Positions 38,879 to 51,913 of a stretch of 64,000 bases of DNA are shown piece after piece. The notes beneath the pieces are model-generated. The model was not told the origin of the DNA. It saw only the letters and a list, made by a program, of their open reading frames with translations, and ran no database searches. This DNA is from Malacoraja senta. Lineage: Eukaryota. Each line of letters begins with the position of its first letter. Position 1 is the stretch's first letter. The position numbers were made by a program, and so were the translations under genes. The stretch lies in NCBI GenBank assembly GCA_038087875.1, contig CM075992.1:4280001-4344000 (forward strand), read 5' to 3'.

Positions 38879-38998
38879 GTTGACGATCAGATGAAACTTC
38901 TTCAGAACTGCTGGAGCGAACTTCTAATCATGGACCACATCTACCGGCAGATGGCTCACGGAAAGGAGTCAAATATCCTCCTTGTCACTGGGCAACAG
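38879..38998 (+). CDS. NR5A LBD exon ([40 protein letters not shown])
   Basis: 120 bp, phase 0/0, acceptor TGTGACAG, donor CAG|GTAAAT. Confidence 0.95.
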
Positions 38999-40297
38999 GT
39001 AAATAACTTGGCTTGGACCAAGGTAGTCACCAACAATGTTTGTGCTTCTAGTGAGTTTGCTGACGAAGTATGTTTTGTAATGTGGACAAAAATGCTGGAG
39101 AAACTCAGCGGGTGAGGCATCTTCTATGGAGCGAAGGAAATAGGCGACATTTCGGGTCGAGACCCTTCTTCAGACTGACGTGAGGGTGGGGGGTTTTGTA
39201 ATGTGTTCACTTTTATTGTGCAGCGGTCAATATGACACAGAAGGATCTCAAAAGTAATAATGTAATCTTAGTTTATTATATTTTTGCTATAGTTATGCAC
39301 GGTGGCTCAGCGGTAGAGTTGCTGCCTTACCGTGCCAAGACTCGGGTTCGATCCTGACTACGGGTTCTGTCTCTATGTTGTTTGTACGTTCTCCCCGCGA
39401 CTTGCGTGGGTTTTCTCCATGTGCTCCGCTTTCCTCCCACACTCCCACACAACAGACGTGTAGGTTTGTTGGTTAGTTGGCTTGGTATAAGTGTAAATTG
39501 GCCCTAGTGTGTAGGTTGGTACGGGGTGATTGTTGGTCGGTGTGGACTCAGTGGGCCGAAGGGCCTGTTTTCACGCTATATCTCTAAATTCATGCTATGT
39601 GTCATTCAGCACATAAACAGACCCTTTGGCCCGACTTGCCCATGCTGACCAACATGCTCCATCTACATTAGTTCCACATGCCCATGTTTGGCCCATATTC
39701 CGCTAAACCTTTCCTCTCCATGTACCTGCTGGAGGAGGTAGTTGAGGCAGGTACTACTGTGATCATTGAAAAGACATTTGGACAGGAACAATGGATCAGT
39801 GTGTGGATTTGTTGGGCTACAGGGCCTGTCTCCGAGCTGTACCGATCGATCGAACGGCCAATCAATCACTCAATCAATCAATCGATCGGCCAATCGATCA
39901 ATTATTATTCTTTTAGATGGGCACATGGATGTGCAGAGAATGCAGGGATATGGATCATATGTAGGTAGATGAAGTTACTTTAACTTGACAGTGGAGTTGC
40001 AGTCCTACCCATCTGAGAATGGGTTCGATCCTGACAATGGGTGCTGTCTGTACAGAGTTTGTACGTTCTCCCTGTAACCTGCGTAGGTTTTCTCCGAGAT
40101 CTTCAGTTTCCTCCCACACTCCAAAGAGTGTGGTTAATTGCCCTGGTAAAATTGTAAGTTGTCCCTAGTGTGTGTAGGATAATGTTAGTGTACGGGAATC
40201 GCTGGTTGATGCAGAATTGGTTTGCGAAGGTCCTGTTTCCACTCTGTACCTCTACACTAAAGTAAAAAAAACTGAACTCTGGTCTCCGCTCTCTCAG

Positions 40298-40445
40298 ATC
40301 GACTTGTCGACCATCCCTTCACAATCTGGAGCCGCGTTGAATAATCTGGTGAACCGCACCCAGGAATTGGTAGCCAAGTTCCGGTCTCTGCAAACAGATC
40401 ATCACGAGTTTGTCTGCTTGAAGTTCCTGGTCCTCTTCAGCCCAG
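40298..40445 (+). CDS. NR5A LBD exon ([49 protein letters not shown])
   Basis: 148 bp, acceptor CTCTCTCAG, donor G|GTAAGC. Confidence 0.95.
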
Positions 40446-41256
40446 GTAAGCCATGAGTATTCAAGAGACTTCCTTCCCACCTCTTTGTTGGCCACGACTG
40501 TTACCAGCTCTCTGGGGTCGCTGGACCAAGGTCCAGAAACCTGAGCTCCCAGAGGGAACACAGACACAGCGTGAACGTGAAAACTCCACTCCGCCAGCAC
40601 CTGAGGACAGGATCGAACCCGGCTCTCTGGCACTGTGAGGCAGCAGCTTTACCAGTGGTGTCACCATGCCACTGTTAAAAGGCAGATGATCAGTTTTATG
40701 AACAGTTTTATGAACAGCGCCATCCACGACCGCATGAAATTTCAGAGAAATGTGGACGCAGTCCAGACCATCATGCAAACCAAACTCCCTTCCATTGACA
40801 CCATCTACACCAGTTTGCCTTGGCAAGACTACCAGCTTAATCATGGACCAGTCTCAACCTGGTTACAACTTCTTCTCCCCTCTCCCGTCAGGCAAGAGCC
40901 ACAGTTTTCACGCATTTGAACCATCCTATCACCAACTAGAGGGCGGTCCTGACCTACCATCTACCTCATTGGAGACCCTCGATCTATCTTTAATCAGACC
41001 TTGTGTTTACGAAGGAACTGCAGATGCTGGAAAATCGAAGGGAGAAAAAAGTGCCAGAGACACGTGTTCAATCCTGACTACAAGCGCTCGGGCCCGAAAC
41101 GTTGCCTATTTCCTTCGCTCCATAGATGCTGCTGCACCCGCTGAGTTTCTCCAGCACTTTTGTCTACCTTACTGGACTTTATCTTGCACCAAATGTTATT
41201 CCCTTTATCCTGTATCTGGGGACTGTGGACGGCTTAGTTGTAATCAGGTATAGTCT

Positions 41257-41391
41257 GGGGTGGAAGATTGCAACCTTCACGTGGTCCGCCCTGTTTCGAC
41301 TAATGCAATCAACTCGACGTGCACAAACGGAAGATCAAATAGAACAAGTTGTCCTACAACTTTAGGCTGTGCACGCCACACGAAAGAAGAT
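41257..41391 (+). mobile_element. Short retroposed element with GAA-rich tail; its 3' end is shared with the minus-strand copy at 6601-6660
   Basis: 9-bp TSD GTATAGTCT at 41248-41256 and 41392-41400. Shared tail AGAACAAGTTGTCC..AACTTTAGGCTGTGCACGCCA. Confidence 0.75.
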
Positions 41392-41879
41392 GTATAGTCT
41401 TCCCACTGACTGGATATCACACAACAAAAAAACTTTTGAGTTTGAGTTGAGTTTATTGCCATGTGTAACGAGGTACAGTGAAAAGCTTTTGTTGCATGCT
41501 AACCCGTCAGCGGAAAGACAATACGTGACTACAATCAACCCCATCACAGTGCCCAGATACATGCTGGTGTTGGAGTCTAGATTTAAAAGAGTGAAACATG
41601 GAAACATAGAGAATAGATGCAGGACTAGGCCATTCGGCCCTTCGACTCAGCACCGCCATTCAATATGATCATGGCTGATCATCCAGAATCAGTACCCCGT
41701 TCCTGCTTTCTCCCCATATCCCTTGATTCCGTGAGCCCTAAGAGCTATATCTAACTCTCAGGATAGGCAAAAGTGCTGGAGAAACTCAGCGGGTGAGGCA
41801 GCATCTATGGAGCGAAGGAAATAGGCAAAGTTTCGGGCTGAAACCCTTCTTCAGACTCTATATCTAAACTCTCTCTTAA

Positions 41880-42380
41880 ATACATCCAGTGAATTGGCCA
41901 CTGCCTTCTGTGGCAGAGAATTCCACAGATTCACAACTCTCTGGCTGAAATTTGGTTTCCTCATCTCAGTCCTAAATGGCCTATCCCTAATTCTTCAACT
42001 GTGACCCCTGGTTCTGGAATCTCCCAACATGGGGAACATTTTTTTTGCATCTACCCTGTCCAATCCCTTAAGAATTGTATATGTTTCCATAATATGCCCT
42101 CCAATCCCTCCATCTAAATTCCAGTGAATATAAACCAGTCGATCCATTCTTTCATCATATGCCAGTCCCACCATCCCGGGAATTAAAGTGGTGAACCTAC
42201 GCTGCACTCCCTCAATTGCAAGAATGTCCTTCCTCAAATTAGGAGACCAAAACTGCACACAATAATCCAGGTACGTTCTTACCAGTGCCCTGTACAACTG
42301 CAGTAGGACCTCCTTGCTCCTATACTCAAATCCTCTTGCTGCGAAGGCCAACATGCCATTAGTTTTCTTCACTGCCTGAG
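41880..42380 (-). mobile_element. CR1-type LINE fragment
   Basis: ANGMLAF-like start followed by LLQLYRALVRTYLDYCVQFWSP. Confidence 0.85.
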
Positions 42381-42427
42381 TGGAATGATTGTAATGCGTG
42401 ATTGCAGATCCACTTCAGTGTCTAGCA

Positions 42428-42737
42428 CAGGGGTCAGCAACCTTGTTCAGCATAGGGGCCAGGACGCATGCCTGTGAGCGGATGGCGGGCCACATCTATC
42501 ACTTGTACACATGGATCCCACCCCCATCCCGCCCTGGATGGCAGGCATCAAATCACGTGTTCACGGAAGGAGCGCGGTCGTGCCGGCGGCTTTGCGCAGG
42601 ATGCGGTACAGCCAGAGCTCGGCGCTAGGCGGCGCTCAGCGGGCCGGATGATTACGGGGGGAAAATCTGCCTGCGATCTGGATGATTTTGGGTTACAGGC
42701 CGCATTCGGCCCGGGGGCCATAGGTTGCCGACCCCTG
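42428..42737. mobile_element. hAT (Charlie-like) MITE
   Basis: TIRs CAGGGGTCAGCAACCT / AGGTTGCCGACCCCTG and an exact 8-bp TSD GTCTAGCA (42420-42427, 42738-42745). Confidence 0.88.
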
Positions 42738-42915
42738 GTCTAGCACACAAAGACTTGTCATGTGTAATGAGGTAGCGATGTTTGGTCCAAAGCTTGGGTG
42801 CCATCTTCACTATACCTCGGTACACGTAACAATAAACTAAACTAAACTTACTGTTAACTGCAAACTTCCATTAGGGTTCATCCGCAGAGTTGTCAACTCT
42901 TCTTTGTTTCCACAG

Positions 42916-43160
42916 ATGTGAAGAACCTGGAGAATCGTCCCTTTGTGGAAAGTGTCCAGGAGAAGGTGAACAGGACTCTCATGGACTACACCATGTGCTT
43001 CCCCCAGCAGGTTGATCAGTTCAGGCAGCTCCTCCTACGGCTCCCGGAGATACGTGCCATCAGCATGCAAGCGGAGGAGTACCTCTACCTCAAGCACTTG
43101 AATGGAGATGTGCCTTGTAACAACCTGCTGATTGAAATGCTCCATGCCAAGCACGTGTGA
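42916..43160 (+). CDS. NR5A terminal coding exon with AF-2 ([12 protein letters not shown]...LLLRLPEIR...[13 protein letters not shown])
   Basis: Acceptor TTTCCACAG, stop TGA at 43158-43160. Phase matches the previous exon. Confidence 0.96.
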
Positions 43161-43283
43161 AGGGCAAAAGAGAGCCAGAGAATGAACCAAACATCCTTGC
43201 ACTTCCAATGGAGAACAACAATGGAATCAAATTTGCACATTGACGACCAGATAGAAAAGACAGCACAAGGCAGCAGGCTAAAT

Positions 43284-43289
43284 AATAAA
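43284..43289 (+). terminator. Candidate polyadenylation signal of the NR5A gene
   Basis: First AATAAA after the stop codon (~125 nt downstream). Confidence 0.45.
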
Positions 43290-46200
43290 TACAGACCCTT
43301 TTTCTAATGATTCCAATTTCTTCAGGGTTCTATTGATAATGGAACCATTCGAGATATTGTTATTTCATCGCAAGGTGAACTGCGATCTACCACCATACTT
43401 GAGTGGAACACCAATCACTTATTGAAGTCCTCCTGTCAAAGCAAGAACATTCAAGCTGGTGAAGATGCGAGTGGATTCCCAGTCATTGTGCATGCCCAGT
43501 AATCCAGAGGCATGATCTCATGTTAGAAAGATGTCCAAATCCAACCATGTAGACTCATACAGCACAAACTCTGCAGCCCAATGTCGATACTGACCTATAT
43601 GCCCCATCTACGCTTGTCCCACCTGCCCACATTTTCTCCCTATTCTTCTAAACCTTTCCTATCCATGCACTTGTCCAAATGTCTTTTAAAAGTTGTTATA
43701 CTGTAGCACCTGCCTTAACTATGTTCTATGGCAGGTCAATCCATACACCCACCATACTCTGTGTGAAAGAGTTGCCACTTGGGTTCCTATTAAATCTTTC
43801 TTCTCCCACCTTATGACCTCAGGTCTATTCTTTCAAGTGCTTGTAAAATATTCCAGGACTCACCTCAGGTCCTTGATTTCCCCTATCCTGTGTCAAAGGC
43901 TGTGCATTCACCATATCTACTCCCCTCAATATTTTATATACTTTGATTTACCCTATCTATTCCTCTCATGATCTTATTCACCTCTATAAGATTATCCTTC
44001 ATCCTCCTGCTCTCCCAGGAATAAAGTCCTAGCCTGCCCAACCTCTCCCTGTATCTCAGGCCTTTAAGTCTTGGCAACGTCAATTCTCGTGAATCATCCC
44101 CCCACTCTTAACCAGATCAATGGCATCTTTCCTATAGTAGGATGATCGAAACTGAATACAATACTCTCAGCGTGGCCTCAGCAACTTGTTATAGAACCGC
44201 AGTTGGGAGGGGGTGGGGGGGATATCAATGGGGTAGATTAAAAGTGAATGGACATGCAGAGCTAGTAAGTGGTGAGCATGAGAATACAAGGTTGCCCTGA
44301 AAGCCCATCTGGTCAATTTTAGTGAAGCTAAGTGATTTATATGTGACTCCAGCCCATGGTGATGGAGGTGGTTGAGAAACATGTTGTTTGAGCTGGTTGC
44401 CCGGTCAGCCCAAGTCAAGAGAAATTAGTGACGGACAGCAACTGTTGCTCCACCATCCAATGCTGACATTTCGTTAGGGGACGGGATCACCATTGGGTTT
44501 ACAGAACCAGATGGATGTGTAGAGACGCGAAACTGCAGATGCTGGTTTACTAAAGAGGACACAAAGTTACGGAGTAACTCAACAGGTCAGGCAGCATCCC
44601 TGGAGAACATGGATATGTGACGCTTCAGGTCGGGACACTTCTCAGTCTTCCTCAGGTGGATGTGTGTGTGCGCGTTAGAATTAAAATGCCTGCACAATTT
44701 TTACTCAGCTTCTGGTGGAATGATACTCGTGACACTAAGTTCATAAGTTGTAGGGGCAGAATTAGGCCATTCGGCCCATCAATTCTACTCTGCCATTCAT
44801 CATGGCTGATCTATCTTTCCCTCTCAACCTCATTTGCCTGCCGTCTCACAATCTCCCCCGACACCCGTATTAATCAAGAATCTATCTATCTCTGCCTAAA
44901 AAATATTAATTCACTTGGCCTCCACAGCCTTCTGTGACAACGAATTCCACAGATTCACCACCCTCTGACTAAAGAAATTCCTCCGCGTCTCCATTCCAAA
45001 GGTACATCCTTTAATTCTGAAGCTATGGCCTCTGGTCCTATACTCTCCCACAAGTGGAAACATTCTCTCCCCTTCCACTCTATCCAGGCCTTTCACCATT
45101 CCTTTCATTAATAACCTTGTACTAATATGGCAGTGCCAAATGACTTTTAACCATCCAAATCCTCACTTTCCAGAAGGAATTTCTTTAGTCAGACGGTGGT
45201 GAATCTGTGGAATTCATTGCCACAGACGGCTGTGGAGGCCAAGTCAATGGATATTTTTAAGGTGGAGATTGACATAGTCTTGATCAGTACGGATGTCAGG
45301 CGTTAAGGGGAGAAGGCTGGGGAACGGGATTGAGAGGGAAAGATAGATCGGCCATGATTGAATGGCAGAGTGCACTTGATAGGCCGGATGGTCTAATTCT
45401 GCTCCTAGAACATGAACTTATGAAGGCAAGGGTCCGATGAACACTCTCTACTTGACTGAATGAGTGTAGTTACAACAGCGCTCAAGAAGGTCCACATGGT
45501 CCACTACAAGGCAGTCTCCTCTCATGGTGGTCCAGGATACATCTCAGCACATTGTCCATGAAAATTGTTCATAGCAAAGCCACCACCCCAACCTCTATCC
45601 TAAGAAGCAACAGGGTAAATCAGAAAGATGAACTTCTTCTCCAACATGTCCTCCAACATTCTGCGAGAGCTTCCAGTGGAGGACCTCATCCTTCTTTATG
45701 AAATCAAGGTTGGGATTGGTGAAACAACTGCAGATGCTGGAAGTCTGAAATAAAAACAAATGAAACATGCTGGAAATACTCAGCAGATGAGGTAAGCTGT
45801 AGGTGAGATACCAGCTGAGGTTGGAAGATAGGTAAGTTCAAAGCAAATTAGTTGATCAGTGCGGGCGTCAGGGGTTACGGGGAGAAGGCAGGAGAATGGG
45901 GTTAGGAGGGAGAGATAGATCAGCCATGATTGAATGGGGATGAGAAAGAAAGGTAGATCAGCCATGATTGAATGGCAGACTTAATGGGCCAAATGGCCTA
46001 ATTCTGCTCCTATATGTTATGAACTTATGAACATCTGTGGAAAGAGAACCACAATTAATGTTTCAGAAGGGAGACCGCTACTGATTGTTGATAGGTTAAT
46101 AAAAAAATACTCCAAAAATGATAGTGTGGTGATATCCTGACTCTCCCTATTCTTTCCACTTGGAATGATGCAATATAGCTACCAGTAAGTCCTAGAGTCC

Positions 46201-47699
46201 CAATCCAAAACATCACCTCTCCATGTTCTCCAGAGATGCTGCCTGACCCACTGAATTACTGCAGCATTGTGTCCTTACCAGGAAGGTCTGTTTGCTGCAA
46301 TACACTCCCAATGACTCTTGTAGACCAATTCTTTGTGTTCATTTTTCTCTTACGAATCATCACGCTGCGGTTGGGATGTCCTGTCAATACTACATGAGGC
46401 TGCCTCAGCAGGAACAGCAGTGGTGAAATATGCAGAACCAAGCAAATGCAGATGCTGGTTTATGCTGGAGGATACAAAGTGCTAGGTCAGGCAGTATCTG
46501 GAGAACATGCATAGGTGACATTTTGGGTCGGGACCCTCCTATAGACTGATTGTAGGGGGGGGAGGTGGGGGGGAAGGAAAGCTGGAAGAGAGGAGAGGTA
46601 GGACAAAGTGTGGCACATATGCTTGCCCAGAGTAGGGGAATCGAGAACCAGAGGACATAGGTTTAAGGTGAGGGGGTAGAGATTTAATAGGAACTGGAAG
46701 AACAACTTTTTTACACAAAGGATGGTGAGTGTATGGAATGAGCTGCCAGAGGAGGTAGTTGAGGCAGGGACTATCGTAACTTTTAAGAAACATTTAGACA
46801 GGTTCATGGATAGGATAGGTTTAGAGGGCTATGGGCCAAACATAGGCAGGTGGGACTAGTGTAGATGGGACATATCGGTGTGGGCAAATTAGGCTGAAAG
46901 ACTTGTTTCCACGTTGTATGACTCTATGACTCTACAGGTGGACACAGGCAAGGGAGATTTGATGGGCAAATTGCTGGGACAAAAGCCAGTGATAAAAGCA
47001 GAAGGTGTGAGACAGGATTGAAGAGTAGTGAATAGTGAAGCCAGAGGAAGGAATGTAGGAGATGGGGGGAGGGGGAGAAACGTACATGGGGGAGGACAAG
47101 GGGGAGGGAAAGGGGGGTGTGGGGGACAAAGGGGGTAGATAGTGGGTTGCTAGATGTTACCTAAATTGGAGGAATATGCATGTGATACACAGGAGAAAGT
47201 TGACATGACTTAAGTCATTGAAGTGCCGAGTTGGAAAGCAAATGTAAGAGTGTGGATTGAGGATACTGGTAGCAGAACCAAATGCCTTTCACAGTTAATG
47301 AGTGCTCTGACAACTCATTGCTATCTGGAAATTCTCTTGTAGGCAGTAGGCACTACATACTCAACCAAAATCAATGGAAGCACTGGCATTACATGTGAAA
47401 GTAGTGGTACAATGTTAACAACGTGAGCTCATTGCACCAAAACATTTTCAAAGTATAAGTAGTTCACTGATTGATCTCATTTCTGGATGTTCTCAGAGTT
47501 GATCACCAGCTGATAATCGAGTGTAGCTTGCAATTTCAATTAATCTCACCAATGATATCACTGGGACAATCTGTCGCACCCTGCATCAGAAATTCAATCC
47601 CATTTACTCCACTGAGATTAAAGTAAGAAGCAAAAACTAATTGCATGCTGAATCCTTGCAACTGGGGATAACTACAGTACATTCAATCATCCGTACACA

Positions 47700-47985
47700 C
47701 ACACACCCTCCCCTCCTCCCCTGCCCCTCCACCCCACATCCCCCTTCCCTCCCCTCCTCCCCTCCCCACACATGAAGAGGAGGGGCGGGAGTGCTGGGGA
47801 ATGAGGGGAAATGAGCCGCGCCTGCACAGTTAGGGGCTATGGGTGAGTGGTGGAATATTGCGTTGGGGGAACAGGTTGCGTTGGGGGTACAGGTGAGTGG
47901 TAGAATATTGCGTTGGGGGAACGGGTTGCGTTGGCGGTACAGGCCTCCCGTGTGACTGGGACCCAACAGGTCCCACTTAGTCTAG
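47700..47985 (+). mobile_element. Helitron-like non-autonomous element, 3' end
   Basis: Hairpin TGGGACC-CAACA-GGTCCCA (47957-47975) followed by CTAG|T (47982-47986), with an internal ~50-bp tandem repeat. Confidence 0.5.
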
Positions 47986-48260
47986 TCTTAACTATGCTTC
48001 TAATCTGCATCCTCACTGCTTGCTGAATATCATTCCTCTCAACTCCTCTCAACCTCACAAACACTTGAGTGGATGCGTGCGGACATGGGTGTATATGTGC
48101 ACAAGCCTTTGAAAATGACAGGGTATGCCAAGGAAGTAGTTGGTAAAGCAGATGGCATCCTGAAACCTATGAAGTATAAAAGCCAGGAGGTCATATTGAA
48201 TCAGTATGAGATAATCTGTGCAGGCGCGGCTCATTCCCCTCATTCCCAGCACTCCCTCCT

Positions 48261-49393
48261 CAGTTGGAGCTATTGGGGGTTGATGCTGGCACATGTAACT
48301 GGGTCCTGAACTTTCTATCGCAATGGCAGCAGACAGTCAGGGTGGGCAGTAGGACATCAAAACCATAGCCGTGAGCACTGGCTCGCCCCAAGGCTGTGTC
48401 CTAAGCCCCCTGCTGTTTAGTCTGCTAACACACGACTGTACTGCTAGACTCAACAACAACTTCATCAACAAGTTCGCTGATGACACAACAGTGGTGGGTC
48501 TCATCAGTGACAGTGATGAGTCGGCGTACAGGATGGAGGTGGAGCTGCTCACAGGATGGTGCAAATCCCACAACCTCATTCTCAACGTGGGAAAAACTAA
48601 GGAGATGGTGGTTGACTTCAGGAGGGCGGGAAAACAACACCATACACCTCTGCACATCGATGGAGCTGATGTGGAAAGGGTCAACAGCGTGAAGTTCCTA
48701 GGACTCCACCTGTCAGATGACCTGACGTCCACGACCAACACCACAGCACTGGTCAAGAGAGCCCAGCAGCGACTACACCCTCTCCGAAGACTACGTAAAG
48801 CAGGTCTCCCCACTACTCCTACGAACTTTTTATAGGGGGACAATCGAGAGCACATTAACCTACGGCATCACTTCCTGGTTCGGGAGCTGCAAGGCGTACG
48901 AACGGCACCAACTAGACAGGATTGTGAAGACCGCCAGCAGGATTATTGGTGCTCCACTCCCTTTCCTGCTGGACATATACAGGAAGAGATGTATCAGCAG
49001 AGCCATCTCCATCATCAAAGACCCCTACCACCCATCCCATCACATATTCTCCATCCTGCCATCTGGGAAGAGGTACCGGAGCATTAGGTGCAAAACCAGC
49101 AGGATGCTCCTCAGCTTCTTCCCGCAGGTTATAAGATTGATAAACGGACTTTGTGCCCTGCCAAAGTATCGTGCACCAACCACCAACCTGGACACACTGC
49201 AGCAGAGCCACTGTCGTGCCGCTGTTGAACGCCTGTTGATGTTTAGTAGAGTAGAGTGTTAATTTGTTCATGATATATGTATTTTTACTTCTATTTATTT
49301 TTTACTGCACACTGGAATGGACACTGGTTGAGGAACGCTTTTTTGTTTCCTCTGGGTATGTGAATACTCAGGAAATGACAATAAAGATATACA
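48261..49393 (+). mobile_element. Rex1/Babar-type LINE, 5'-truncated, with reverse-transcriptase C-terminal region
   Basis: CNWVLNFL...STGSPQGCVLSPLLFSLLTHDC...KFADDTTVVGLI, a few frameshifts, AATAAA near 49380 and TSD ATAATCTG. Confidence 0.85.
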
Positions 49394-50059
49394 ATAATCT
49401 GAGTGTCCTAGGTAGAGTTCTTCATCCATTTATGGGCACCCCGCTTTGGTAAGGATATGAAAGTCCCTGAGATAGTTCAGAAAATATTTACTTGAACGGC
49501 AAGAAGTTGCAGCTTCAAGATTATATTAAAAAAGCTGAAGTTACTTTCCTCAGTATAAAAATGATTGACCGATTTGATAGGGTTGTACAAGATTATGAAT
49601 GATTAAATTGTAGTAAATAGAAGGGACCTATTCCCATCACCATATGATTCAATGAATGGGAGGATTAATTTAGTTTTGCACAGAAGATTCTGAAGTCTTA
49701 ATTTTGAGATTGGACTTCAGTTATTGCACCATATGTAAATATTGAATGAAGTGGCCCACTCTATCTCTCTGATAAAAAGAACAAATTATTTCATAAAGCA
49801 TTGATGGTACAGTAAACAGCAAATAGAATTGGCTCCTCATAATACCTGAGACCTGGGTTTGAACTTGACCTGTGGGGTCTCTATGTGAGGTTTGTATGTT
49901 CTCCCTGTAACCACTTGGTTTTCTCCTGGGAACTCCAGTTTCCCCCCAGAAATCAAGGACATGCAGTTGTGTGGGTTAATTGACTTCTGTAAGTCGCCTC
50001 TAGTGTGTAGGTGCTGGATGCAAAAGTGAGATAACATAGAACTAGTGTGAACCGTGTGC

Positions 50060-51913
50060 GGACTTGGCGTCGAAGGACGAGAAGCCGAAGCAAAGAAGTG
50101 GAAGCCAAATAACCGAACTGAAACGCCAAATAAGCGAAAGCATACGAAGCCGAAACGCCAACTAACCGAAAGGGTGGGACGTCTAAAAGCAAACTAACTG
50201 AAAGGGCGGGACGCCTAAAAGCCAACTAACCGAAAGGGTGGGACGCCTAAAAGCCAACTAACCAAAAGGGAAGGACACCTAAAAGCAAACACACCGAAAG
50301 GCCGCTCTGCCGAAACGCCAACTCACCGGAAGGCTGCATCGCCTACAAGCCAACTCGCCGAATGGCCGCTCTGCTGAAAAGTCATATAACGGACATGACG
50401 TCGCCGGGGGCGGGACTTGTAAGCGATTGGTCCAGACCCCCGCGTCCATCACATCACTGGCCGGTGGAGACGGGAGGGTGGGGGTCATTTTCCCACACAA
50501 GCCATACGTGACTGGGCACTCTGAACCCGAGCACAAAGTTGTAAGCGGTCGAAGGAGCGCATCCCTCAGGACAGCCCCCACTCTCCCACGGCCACCCTCC
50601 GCCTCGTCTCCCCCGCGCGGCTGCACTGTGACGGGCTGTGTGTCGGTCGGATGATGGCGACGGTCGACTGATTGCCGGCGGTCTGGATTAATGCACCGCA
50701 TCGGCTGCTGAGCCAGGGTCACCCCCGAAACACCTCCAGCAATGAGCTGGATATTCCCGCTGTCAAAGAGCGGCAGCGGCGGCGGCAACGGTCACCTGCC
50801 GCCTCTGACCAACTTGCAGCAGCAACGCCAGCGGCAGATCGAGTCGGTGAAGAGATCGCACAGTGGGTGAGTGCGGCGCTCCGCTGCTGGGCGGCATCAC
50901 CCCTGCTATCTCCCCCCCCCGGCGGCATTGCCCCCGCTATTTCCCCCTCCCCCAGCGGCATCGCCACCGCCACCCCCGCTAATCCCCCTCCCCCGGGCGG
51001 CATCACCGCCGCTAATCTCCCCTCCCCCGGGCGGCATCACCCCCCGCTATTCCTCCCTCCCCCCGGCAGCATCGCCCCCGCTACCTCCCCTTCCACCCCT
51101 GGGCGGCATTGCCACCGCCACCGCCACCCCCGCTATCCATCCCCCCACTTAATTAATCAGGTTCCTGAATGTAAGAACTATTTATACATGTAACATTTTT
51201 GTTTTTAAATCAGTAACTCTTTTTTGAGTTTTAATGCCGATCCCGTCCTGTGGGAAGGGCTTGCGGCAGCTGGTTTCATAGTGCCTTCATTGTTGGTAGG
51301 TGCTGATCTTTCACCTCTGCTCCACCCAGCGCTGCCGACACACAGCCCCTCACAGTGCGGCTGCATGGGGGAGACGAGGCGGAGGGCGGTCGTGGGAGAG
51401 TGGGGGCTGTCCCGAGGGATGCGCTCCTTCGGCCGCTTACAACTTGATGCTTCGGTTCAGAGTGCCCAGTCACCTATGGCTTGTGTGGGAAAATGACCCC
51501 ACCCTCTCGTCTCCATTGGCCAGTGATGTGAGGGATGCGGGGGTCTGGACCAATCGTGACAAGTCCCGCCCCCCGGCATCATCATGTCTGTTATTTGACT
51601 TTTCAGCAGAGTGGCCATTCGGTGAGTTGGCTTGTAGGCGATGCAGCCTTTCGGTGAGTTGGCTTGTACGGTGAGTTGGCGTTTCGGCAGATAGGCCTTT
51701 CGGTGAGTTTGCTTTTAGGCGTCCCACCCTTTCGGTTAGTTGGCTTTTAGGCTTCCAGCCCTTTCGGTGAGTTTGCTTTTAGGCGTCCCACCCTTTCGGT
51801 TAGTTGCCGTTTCGGTTTCAGACGCTTTCGGTTATTTTGCGTTTCGGCTTCGTTTCCGTTCAGTTATTTGGTTTCCACTTCTTTGCTACGGCTTCTCATC
51901 CTTCAACGTCCGG
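50060..51913. mobile_element. Foldback-type DNA element with ~580-bp inverted arms built from short tandem units
   Basis: 50060-50646 is the reverse complement of 51335-51913. Units AAAGCCAACTAACCGAAAGGGTGGGACGCCT. Confidence 0.75.

Larger units (their letters stand above)
9008..43160 (+). pseudogene. nr5a5: NR5A (FTZ-F1/SF-1/LRH-1 family) nuclear receptor gene, probably the nr5a5 paralogue; as assembled it is disrupted in zinc finger 1 (pseudogene, null allele or assembly error)
   Basis: Seven exons with GT-AG boundaries encode the P-box CESCKG, the FTZ-F1 box ([16 protein letters not shown]) and an LBD ending in AF-2 LLIEML. Removing the 7-bp duplication gives a 466-aa ORF from ATG 12617. 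The family call is secure. The paralogue name is inferred from divergence and C3 linkage. Confidence 0.7.

Noticed and set aside
50150..50330. CRISPR-like repeat array
   Set aside because: Units are contiguous without unique spacers, are mirrored in the opposite arm, and the DNA is vertebrate.
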